Positions 1 through 7,371 are shown, counted from the stretch's first letter. The stretch is 32,000 nt of DNA from Alkanindiges illinoisensis DSM 15370 (GCF_000619845.1 NZ_JHUX01000004.1:415190-447189); one strand, 5' to 3'. Program-made: numbers and translations. Notes: generated from the letters alone by a model not told the origin.

Positions 1-221
1 AACCTGCCTATATGCCTGCCCCCTGAAAATTATTGACCTGTTTAGTACCAGACAAAAAATACTGCTTTCTGAACTCACAAATCCATAAAACCAGATCACA
101 CCTGAATACCTATATCTAACAGCGATTATTAATAAAAAATTCTATATTTCCAGAATAAGTATTTGACTGCTTTTCACAGGTAATCATATTGTTTTGGTAG
201 TTAAGGATGGGAAAATTTCTG

Positions 222-662
222 ATGACTGATATTGTAGACAGCCAGACCCGTTCACGGATGATGGCAGGAATAAAAAATAGTAATACCAGACCTGAAATGC
301 TTATCCGCAAAGCCTTGCATGGAATGGGTTTCCGCTACCGCCTGCATGATAAAAAACTGCCGGGTAAGCCTGATTTGGTACTGCCCCGCTATAATGCTGT
401 TATCCAGATTCATGGCTGTTTCTGGCATGCCCATAATTGTCCTCTATTTAAATTACCAAAAACGCGGACAGAATTCTGGCAGGAAAAAATTACTGGAAAT
501 CAGGCGCGTGATAAGAAAAACGTAGAAAAATTAATGGCACAGGGCTGGCGGGTTTTAATCTGGTGGGAATGTAATACCCGTAAACCGGACAGTTTCCAAA
601 TAGCTCTGCAAGAAGCGGTGCACTGGTTGCAGGGCAATGAAAAATATCTGGAAATCGGATAA
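222..662 (+). CDS. vsr: Very short patch repair endonuclease (Vsr)
   Basis: The ORF is open from ATG 207 (151 aa). ATG 222 (MTDIVDSQTRSRMM...) aligns with the N-terminus of E. coli Vsr as I recall it (MADVHDKATRSKNM...). The hallmark block KPDLVLPRYNAVIQIHGCFWHAHNCPLFKLPKTRTEFWQEKI (catalytic Asp, His/Cys zinc ligands) and GWRVLIWWEC are present. Confidence 0.93.
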   Translation: MTDIVDSQTRSRMMAGIKNSNTRPEMLIRKALHGMGFRYRLHDKKLPGKPDLVLPRYNAVIQIHGCFWHAHNCPLFKLPKTRTEFWQEKITGNQARDKKNVEKLMAQGWRVLIWWECNTRKPDSFQIALQEAVHWLQGNEKYLEIG

Positions 663-666
663 ATAA

Positions 667-1638
667 TTATCCTAAAGTTTTAAAGTATTGTGCCGGACAG
701 ATTTTTGTTGGATTACTTGATGTTTCTGATCTCATACCTGTTCCACCCTCTATCACATTACTTCCTAGGTATTTAATAAAATCACTTATACCTATTAGCT
801 TCCATGCTAAAAAATTACGCTCAGTCTGATTATCAATGTGTCTAACTACATAAAAGACTGGACATTCCGATAATTCCTGTATGGCACTTAAAGCTTTGAT
901 TCTGTCTAAATCCATGCCAAAACCTGAAGGAGGCCTCTTTGAGAGATCTTTTTCCTTAATCTCTAGAATAAGATATTTACCTGGTGAACCATTCTGTTTT
1001 TTCTCAATTATCAGATCAATATCACTTGGGATACCGTGCTCGCGGCCAAATCCAATAAATCCATCAAAAAATAGTCTTTGAACATATAGAGCTATTAAAT
1101 TTTCCTGAGAGAATCTAGCTAGTTTGGATATATGAAAATCTTTTAGACTGGCCGGAATATTATTCTTTTTAGTGCGCTTTTTGAGGGGATAGTATGTTAA
1201 TAAATCACTTATATCAGCTTGGATAAAGTCCAGATTATTTTTATCGAAATAAAAAACCTGAAAATTCGGTACAGATAGTTTTAAACCTATTTGCATCACA
1301 TCCTCACTTTTCCAGTCCTGAAATGCCTTGGTATTATCCCACTGAATATAAAAAAGCTGGCGGCAGTCCAGTTTTGATATCTGAATATAAATATTTCTAT
1401 AATTAGAATAATGATCATCGGATATGGTGAAATATATTGTATCTGTTAAAGAAGTATTCTTAGGCTTCGGCGGCAGGAAATATCCTCCAGCAAACACCTG
1501 AGTTATGGGTCTATTTACTGCCATCCATTCCTGAAAGTCTAGTTCACCCACAAACCCCTTATATCTGTGGTGGTATTGAATGTCTCCCATAACATTTTGG
1601 GATAAAAGAATATGAAGGCATTCAAGTATAGAGTTCAT
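667..1638 (-). CDS. Uncharacterised 323-aa protein with a predicted C-terminal PD-(D/E)xK nuclease fold; N-terminal ~190 aa unassigned
   Basis: Long AT-rich ORF with no competing frame. Residues 204-228, PSDIDLIIEKKQNGSPGKYLILEIK (nt 955-1029), give the pattern P-D ... 18 aa hairpin ... E-x-K on two hydrophobic strands. The gene lies downstream of the helicase gene on the same strand after a 154-nt gap, and is convergent with vsr (4 nt between stop codons). Confidence 0.6.
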   Translation of the reverse strand: MNSILECLHILLSQNVMGDIQYHHRYKGFVGELDFQEWMAVNRPITQVFAGGYFLPPKPKNTSLTDTIYFTISDDHYSNYRNIYIQISKLDCRQLFYIQWDNTKAFQDWKSEDVMQIGLKLSVPNFQVFYFDKNNLDFIQADISDLLTYYPLKKRTKKNNIPASLKDFHISKLARFSQENLIALYVQRLFFDGFIGFGREHGIPSDIDLIIEKKQNGSPGKYLILEIKEKDLSKRPPSGFGMDLDRIKALSAIQELSECPVFYVVRHIDNQTERNFLAWKLIGISDFIKYLGSNVIEGGTGMRSETSSNPTKICPAQYFKTLG

Positions 1639-1792
1639 AATTTATTTTAGGCCTATGAGTATGAATTATTTATTTGAATTGACCCGCTGCAGCTATAAGC
1701 TAAAGGAAGAGAGAATATATAGCCATAATCAGACAATGAAAGTTTAAAATTCACTTCTTCTTTTGTTAAATGAATTAAATAAGTAAAGAAAT

Positions 1793-3577
1793 TCAATTTG
1801 AATCTTTAGTCCGCTTATAGAATTCAACCAAGAACTCAGAATGATTTCCATCTTCATAAACCAAACATAATATCTTTCGTGGTCGAGTAACTGCTACATA
1901 AAAAAGCCGTCTGGCTTCCTGTAGTGCTTTAGGAGTTTTGCTATCCCATTTATTTGGGATAATTCCATTATTAATTCCAAAAATGATAACAACATCAAAT
2001 TCACGTCCTTTAGAACTATGGAAAGTACTTAAATTTAATCTACCACTTCCTTCTGTTTTCCCAGCAAATAAATTCAGAGACATATCTTTATTTTCAACAG
2101 AAGAAGTACGTTGCATGAGCTCTGAACATGTATGCCACTCCTGTAAACTATTACGACAAATAGTTGTCCACGGAATCAGTAATTCCTTATTTAATCTTGA
2201 TAACCACTCATTTGTAGTTTCCTGAAGAGTTATACTTTTTTGTAGAAATTGGATGAGGGATAATGTTAGTGACTGTTCTTCACTTTGAGTGTAGTGCTTA
2301 CCATAAACTATACTTAATGCCTGTCTGACTAATCTACCAAAAGATGGTTCAGCAAGTTTCCATCCACCAGTAACCCATTTTGCACAGTCTTCAATGAAGC
2401 AGGCTAGTTTTGAACTTCGTTTAACCAGAGCATTGGTGTCTGTACGATAATATATTAATTTTTCCTGCTCCAAAGCCTCTACAATTTTATCACCGAGCCA
2501 GGCAGCACGATATAAAATAGCAATCTGTTCATTACCAAATCCTTTGGAATTTAATTCAGGTAGCAATTTCCCTGTAATAAATTTTGCCTGAGCTTCCAGA
2601 GAACCATTTACAGGATTAAATATAATTTCCCCTTCAGGAGCACCATCTGCACTTAAGTACTCTCTTTTCTCATTGAGGGCCCCTGATGATGCTTTTATAA
2701 TTTTTGTACCAGAGCGATAGTTATATTTAAGCTGAATGGTTTGAACATCCTTTTTTTTTGTTAAACTCTCTAATAATTCCGGATTTGCTCCTGTAAAACC
2801 ATAAATTGACTGATCAGCATCTCCTACAGCAAATAAACGGATACTTCCATTAAAACAAAGTAATTGTACTAGCTCATGTAGTACATGACCTAAATCCTGA
2901 TACTCATCTACGAAAAGAACTGGAAACCGAGCTTCTAATGCTTCACGAATCCAGGTATTCTCCTTGATCATTCTAAACGCAATAAGCGGCATATCGTCAA
3001 AATCAATAAGTCCGTCTTTTCTTAATTCTAGCTCATATACTTCAATAAATTCAGCTAGTTCCTCATTCTGACCTTTCCATGAAGCAAGTGATCTATCTAC
3101 ATCGCGATTTCTTTTTTCTTTGGCAAACTTCCACTGTTGATGAGGATCTCCCGAATCGTTATAAACAACTTTATAAGCACTCTCAACTGCTGCATCACAT
3201 TCAGCTCCACTAGCTACTTTAAAGCCATGAGGAACCATATCTTTAATGCAGCGAGCATAGGGAATTATAATCTGGGTTAAAGCAAAGCTATGGACAGTGC
3301 CAATAAAATTCAAGTCTCCAGATGAAACTCCTAATTTTGAAAGTCGTGTTTCAAGCTCAGTAGCACATTCGTTATTATAAGTGATGCAGGCAACTGCTCT
3401 GGGAGCAATAATTTCTTCATGTAGAACCCTTGCAATAGCTGTAGTCAGAGTTTTGGTTTTCCCACTGCCGGGGCCGGCCAGAACAACACAATGAGTTTTA
3501 CAATTTACAGCTTCATATTGCTCCTTGTTTTTTTTTAGTTCATTTAAAGATTGCTGCAAACTAAAATAATTAGACAT
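1793..3577 (-). CDS. UvrD/PcrA/Rep-like SF1 DNA helicase (GajB-like partner of the OLD nuclease)
   Basis: 594 aa with a complete SF1A motif set: AGPGSGKT (I), TVHSFA (Ib), FVDEYQD (II), VGDADQSIYGFTGA (III), YNYRSG (IV), STFHSSKGREFD (V), YVAVTRPR (VI). The start codon overlaps the upstream gene's stop by 8 nt (ATGTCTAA). Confidence 0.9.
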   Translation of the reverse strand: MSNYFSLQQSLNELKKNKEQYEAVNCKTHCVVLAGPGSGKTKTLTTAIARVLHEEIIAPRAVACITYNNECATELETRLSKLGVSSGDLNFIGTVHSFALTQIIIPYARCIKDMVPHGFKVASGAECDAAVESAYKVVYNDSGDPHQQWKFAKEKRNRDVDRSLASWKGQNEELAEFIEVYELELRKDGLIDFDDMPLIAFRMIKENTWIREALEARFPVLFVDEYQDLGHVLHELVQLLCFNGSIRLFAVGDADQSIYGFTGANPELLESLTKKKDVQTIQLKYNYRSGTKIIKASSGALNEKREYLSADGAPEGEIIFNPVNGSLEAQAKFITGKLLPELNSKGFGNEQIAILYRAAWLGDKIVEALEQEKLIYYRTDTNALVKRSSKLACFIEDCAKWVTGGWKLAEPSFGRLVRQALSIVYGKHYTQSEEQSLTLSLIQFLQKSITLQETTNEWLSRLNKELLIPWTTICRNSLQEWHTCSELMQRTSSVENKDMSLNLFAGKTEGSGRLNLSTFHSSKGREFDVVIIFGINNGIIPNKWDSKTPKALQEARRLFYVAVTRPRKILCLVYEDGNHSEFLVEFYKRTKDSN

Positions 3578-5354
3578 TTTTCACCATATATTCAACCGCA
3601 TCACGAATATAAGCCGGAGGTTCCATATCTGATATTTTCTTTTTCAACTTTCCACTTAAACGTCCTTTTCCTATATCTTTAATCATGGCAAGTAGCTGTG
3701 TAGTATCGACATCAGCAGCTCCAGTTCTCCACTCGGCTATACGTTTTGTTCGTACTGCGCCAAAACCTTGCTCATTCAAAATATCCAATAATGCATCACG
3801 TAAATTAGGTGTTCTAGCTATGGCAACTTCAAAGGTTTCATTGTTGAGAAAAATTCCTCTTTTTGCCCAAGCTGTTGAAAATTTTTCAAAATCAGCATTA
3901 ACACACCAACTCCTATCTTTTTCAGACAATTTTTCTACATCTTCATCTACTTCGCAAACTGCATCCCAGATGCCAATCGTTCGGGCTCTGCCTAAAGGTT
4001 CTTTTGATCCATCTAAAGGATCCCAATCAGTAATAACGGTGAAAGGTAAACCTAAACCTGCTGCTAATTTGATATAAGGATTAAAATTGACGCCAGCCAC
4101 ATTGCAAACAGTTATACCTAGTCCATTAAGGTCGTGACCTAGTTGCTCTGAAAAACTTGGAATCAGAGTCTCTTCTGCATCTCCCTCAACAAAAATTACT
4201 CCTTTGGCAAATAAAATTTCGGAACGGGTTGCTATTAAATATTGCTCAATATCATTAAGCTCGTTCTCACTAATTGGTAACTCGGCTAAAGAATATGCTC
4301 TTGTACTACCTTCCATGAAGCGTAAATTAATAATTGAGCGTAGAGGCACTGTTGCAGCTATTGTAGGTGAATGGCTGGTAATAATTAGCGCCTGAGCAGG
4401 ATCTTTTTCCCTAAAAATATTGTTAAAGACGCTACGTTGAAGTTGCGGATGAAGATGTGCTTCTGGTTCTTCTATACAGAGTAAAGAATAATTTCTTTCA
4501 TTTTTTTCTTTGCGCCATGCAAACTCAGCAAGTTTTAACGCCATAAGCATAACATTTGCTGAGCCTAAACTCGCTTCATTAATACTTCGCTTCCCTTCAT
4601 CAATATACATACCGAGAGAACGAAATAATCGTAGTGGATCAGCATTGGAAAATCTTAGTGAAGTTTTTAAATCATGGCCTTTACCTGAAAGACTTAGAAT
4701 TCCTTGGCTTAATGACTTTTCTAAAGTTTTGATTTGAGGTTGATCAACTATTTTTTGATTCGCAGATTCCAAATCAATTGAAACTTTTTCTAGCTCTTCT
4801 AAGTCAATTGATGCCATAGCATTTTCTATTAATGGTCTTAGTGGTGAATTTCTCCAAGAACCCAGTTGATTTTCTGCATCACGCAAAGCATCAAGTAGAT
4901 CAAGACAAATTCTTCTACGAACCTGATTATTAACAGACCTTTCTACTTCTCCACCACCATAAATTATAAATTCATAATCTTCATTGTTTGTAGTTAACTC
5001 AGCAATATCTGGCTTACGCCTATACAAATAGCTCAGACGAACCACCTTAGGATCTTCCGCAATACGATAGTCTGTAAGTAAGGCTGTTAAAGCTGGATCA
5101 TTATCAAAGTCAGTAAAGTCCAGATGAACTTGGATTTCCGGATTTTTGGCAAAATCACATCCATCCCAAAAATCAGATAACTTTAATTGACGAGCAGAAT
5201 CGGGAAGTGATTGGTCAAGGACTAAACGCATTGCAAAAAGCAGGTTACTTTTCCCAACACGATTTTCTCCCAGTAAAACCATATTACTGCTTAGAGCTAT
5301 ATCAATAAAATCAAAATTTCTGAAATTATGAATTTTGAGGTTACTTAAACGCAT
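3570..5354 (-). CDS. OLD-family ATP-dependent endonuclease: N-terminal ABC-type ATPase plus C-terminal TOPRIM (GajA-like / class 2 OLD-like)
   Basis: 594 aa. Walker A GENRVGKS (aa 29-36, nt 5247-5270), Walker B LLCIEEPEAHLHP (aa 291-303), H-loop-like TSHSP. TOPRIM Glu in VIFVEGDAEE (aa 386-395) and DxD in VITDWDP (aa 440-446). The N-terminus MRLSNLKIHNFRNF is typical of OLD/AAA_15-type proteins. Confidence 0.9.
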   Translation of the reverse strand: MRLSNLKIHNFRNFDFIDIALSSNMVLLGENRVGKSNLLFAMRLVLDQSLPDSARQLKLSDFWDGCDFAKNPEIQVHLDFTDFDNDPALTALLTDYRIAEDPKVVRLSYLYRRKPDIAELTTNNEDYEFIIYGGGEVERSVNNQVRRRICLDLLDALRDAENQLGSWRNSPLRPLIENAMASIDLEELEKVSIDLESANQKIVDQPQIKTLEKSLSQGILSLSGKGHDLKTSLRFSNADPLRLFRSLGMYIDEGKRSINEASLGSANVMLMALKLAEFAWRKEKNERNYSLLCIEEPEAHLHPQLQRSVFNNIFREKDPAQALIITSHSPTIAATVPLRSIINLRFMEGSTRAYSLAELPISENELNDIEQYLIATRSEILFAKGVIFVEGDAEETLIPSFSEQLGHDLNGLGITVCNVAGVNFNPYIKLAAGLGLPFTVITDWDPLDGSKEPLGRARTIGIWDAVCEVDEDVEKLSEKDRSWCVNADFEKFSTAWAKRGIFLNNETFEVAIARTPNLRDALLDILNEQGFGAVRTKRIAEWRTGAADVDTTQLLAMIKDIGKGRLSGKLKKKISDMEPPAYIRDAVEYMVKNV

Positions 5355-5384
5355 ATATAATTTCTTGTTAAATTACTTAATTAA

Positions 5385-5414
5385 TCATATAAGATATTTT
5401 TCTCTGACTTTCAA
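5385..5414 (-). promoter_or_regulatory. Possible sigma70-type promoter for the OLD/helicase operon
   Basis: The minus strand reads TTGAAA (complement of 5409-5414), then a 16-17 nt spacer, then TTATAT/TATATG about 30-40 nt upstream of ATG 5354. Such matches are easy to find by chance in AT-rich DNA. Confidence 0.3.
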
Positions 5415-5476
5415 GCCGATATGTAGGGTCATACGTGCTAGCGGCAAGATTCTCTAATATGTTTCAGAGCTTATAA

Positions 5477-5497
5477 AAAAGCTGATCGCCAGCTTTT
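5477..5497. terminator. Small symmetric hairpin flanked by A-run and T-run (weak bidirectional terminator/insulator)
   Basis: aaaagctg-atcgc-cagctttt: 8-bp stem including A:T pairs, 5-nt loop. It sits about 125 nt upstream of the OLD gene start. Confidence 0.35.
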
Positions 5498-5701
5498 GAG
5501 GTAGATGAATCAAAATATGCTACCCTTGTTTATCTATAGAATATCTTAAATTAGCTAAAGCAAATGAAGCTTCTGATCAATACTATATTTCAGTTGAAAT
5601 CATTTTCGTATCAAGTAAATTTAGTCAAATAAACCATTGTATCTAAAATTATTAATTGTCTTTGGAGATCGAACCCGGTACAATTTAAGGGATGCCTAGA
5701 T

Positions 5702-5777
5702 GTTTAAAATACGGGTAGATTTGTTGGTATTTCTGTTGGTATTTTTATGATTCCAGTTTTTAAAATACGTTGGTATA
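5702..5777 (+). repeat. Cluster of short direct repeats (possible protein-binding sites)
   Basis: TGTTGGTATT occurs at 5722-5731 and 5734-5743 (12-bp phasing), with a third copy cGTTGGTATa at 5768-5777. TTTAAAATACG occurs at 5703-5713 and 5759-5769. Confidence 0.5.
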
Positions 5778-5796
5778 TAAGCTTTTGAATATCCAA

Positions 5797-5818
5797 TTCG
5801 ATCCTGCTTATCCCACCA
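5797..5818 (+). other. tRNA 3'-end-like remnant (T-loop, 3' T-stem, 3' acceptor strand, ACCA); possible attachment-site scar
   Basis: TTCGATCCTGCTTATCCCACCA resembles ...GGTTCGAATCCTGC-NNNNCCC-ACCA of tRNA-Lys-type 3' ends. No complementary 5' acceptor strand (GGGATAA) or D/anticodon arms occur upstream, so it is not an intact tRNA. Confidence 0.4.
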
Positions 5819-5850
5819 TATTTAGATTCAAAGAAGTCCAATATAGTCCT

Positions 5851-5886
5851 AAAAGCCTTGAAGCATATAGCTCCAAGGCTTTTTTG
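5851..5886. terminator. Rho-independent terminator hairpin (A-run/T-run flanked, potentially bidirectional)
   Basis: AGCCTTG (5854-5860) pairs with CAAGGCT (5874-5880), 13-nt loop, followed by TTTTT (5881-5885) and preceded by AAAA. Confidence 0.6.
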
Positions 5887-6030
5887 TTAGCAGATTAAGC
5901 CTATTTAGTGATTAATGGTCTAAGCGTTTTCCTTTAAAACAAGACAAATATGTTCTACGTGACTGTTCCAAGTTTATGCAACAGTCTTTATCATCTTAAA
6001 TTAGAAGTTTGCTTGTTTCAATATGACTTA

Positions 6031-6909
6031 TTAATGCCCAGCCAAACGTAAGTGCAACAAGTGCGTGGCTATGGTATGCCGGATATGATCAGGTCGCTGG
6101 TTAAAATAACGCGCATTCATTGCAGCGCCTGATAAATCTTCAACCACTTCAAACCCCATTTGCTCTACTGCCTGATGTAACACTGACGGTCTAAACTGAC
6201 CAATTAACGGCTCTTTTAGAAACTGGGTAAATTGCGATACCGCAAAGCTCCCCAACCGCTCAATGCCCTGCAATTCCTGATAATGAATTGAATAATCCAG
6301 CACCACTTCGCTTAATGGTGCAGCAAAACTGGCAATGCGCTTGAGTGTGTTTAATGTGGTTTGTGGTTCCAGATAGTGGGTAGTTCCTAGCCACGAGAAA
6401 AAACCAGGCATCGTTTGCTGATAACTGCTGCGTGCCAGTGCATCGGCCAGAGACTCTTTTTCAAAATCAATGGCAACAAACTCAACATTTGCAGGCACAG
6501 TACCAAGCTGCTGTAATTTACGTTGCTTGGTGGACTGCGTATCCGGATGATCAACTTCAAAAATTTTAAGATCGGGATAGTGTGGGTTCTGGCGCAAGGC
6601 AAATGAATCCAGTCCGGCACCCACAAGTACATATTGATTGATCTGGCGAGCCAGTGCCTGTTGCAGCAAATCCTCTGCATATCTGGAGCGCCCTACCACC
6701 TGCCCGCTTAATAATCCCAACGTCCGATTAAATACTGGTGAATTCATGACCTTTACCAGCGATGGTGAACGCAATAGCTTTTGCCAGCTAGGACTGGTAA
6801 GCGCATAGGCATATGGGTCAGCAAATACAGGGTCAACCGTATTTTGAAAATGATTTGCCCGTAAAGCTGCAGCGGCTAATGCGGTTCTGCTTGACTGCCC
6901 TTCTTTCAT
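6031..6909 (-). CDS. Class I SAM-dependent methyltransferase (small-molecule O-methyltransferase, TIGR00027-like family)
   Basis: 292 aa. SSRTALAAAALRANH...DPYA N-terminus, SAM-binding LVGAGLDSFALR, and FEVDHPDTQ..K are typical of the Leu-carboxyl/mycobacterial-type O-methyltransferase family. AGGA lies 5 nt upstream of the ATG. G+C returns to backbone level here. Confidence 0.75.
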   Translation of the reverse strand: MKEGQSSRTALAAAALRANHFQNTVDPVFADPYAYALTSPSWQKLLRSPSLVKVMNSPVFNRTLGLLSGQVVGRSRYAEDLLQQALARQINQYVLVGAGLDSFALRQNPHYPDLKIFEVDHPDTQSTKQRKLQQLGTVPANVEFVAIDFEKESLADALARSSYQQTMPGFFSWLGTTHYLEPQTTLNTLKRIASFAAPLSEVVLDYSIHYQELQGIERLGSFAVSQFTQFLKEPLIGQFRPSVLHQAVEQMGFEVVEDLSGAAMNARYFNQRPDHIRHTIATHLLHLRLAGH

Positions 6910-7203
6910 GAGAATCCTGTATTGCTGTAATCAAAATTTGAGCTTTTATAGCGCAATAACCAGTAAGTACATATGGCACAAATCATAAAATTTATTCTCT
7001 GTGATTAGATATTCGGTCAGTGAATGAATCATTAACACCTGATTTAAAAATCTAGCCTAATGCAGTCCTTAGCTCCTTTAAGGCTTGCTGTAAACTAATG
7101 AGCTTAAGGATGCTTTATATGTACAGCTAACCTATTAAACCTAGAGAAAAAATGCATTGCGACCAATAAACAACCAATCAATTCATGATTATCAAATTAG
7201 TGT

Positions 7204-7232
7204 TTGCCTTGCGCCAGCGAACATTATAGAAT
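7204..7232 (+). promoter_or_regulatory. Candidate promoter of tRNA-Glu
   Basis: TTGCCT (7204-7209), 17-nt spacer, TAGAAT (7227-7232), followed by the GC-rich discriminator ttgcgcc as in stringently controlled stable-RNA promoters. Confidence 0.4.
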
Positions 7233-7288
7233 TTGCGCCAAGCCTAGATGCTCAAGCACATGAACAACTTGTTGATTTGCTGATTATT

Positions 7289-7364
7289 GTCCCTATCGTC
7301 TAGAGGCCTAGGACATCGCCCTTTCACGGCGGTAACCGGGGTTCGAATCCCCGTAGGGACGCCA
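7289..7364 (+). tRNA. tRNA-Glu (anticodon UUC)
   Basis: GTCCCTATCGTCTAGAGGCCTAGGACATCGCCCTTTCACGGCGGTAACCGGGGTTCGAATCCCCGTAGGGACGCCA. The acceptor stem GTCCCTA/TAGGGAC is perfect, the anticodon loop is CTTTCAC, the T-loop is GGTTCGAATCC, and CCA is encoded. It is near-identical in layout to E. coli tRNA-Glu. Confidence 0.97.
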
Positions 7365-7371
7365 AATTCAT

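Noticed and set aside
116-434. Minus-strand ORFs 116-310 and 252-434, and plus-strand ORF 319-525
   Set aside because: They overlap the strongly supported vsr reading frame or its upstream AT-rich DNA. No motifs.
5655-5690. Second tRNA-like piece: the minus strand reads ...CCGGGTTCGATCTCC...
   Set aside because: It has only a T-loop-like heptamer. The flanking bases do not form a T-stem (CCGGG vs TCCAA), and no acceptor or anticodon arms can be drawn. It is probably a chance match or too decayed to call.
6031-6909. Considered this SAM-dependent methyltransferase as the missing partner of Vsr or the modification arm of an R-M system
   Set aside because: Its motifs belong to the small-molecule O-methyltransferase (TIGR00027-like) family. 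It has no C5-cytosine MTase motifs (no PCQ or ENV blocks) and no N6/N4 DPPY-type motif. It also has backbone rather than island composition.
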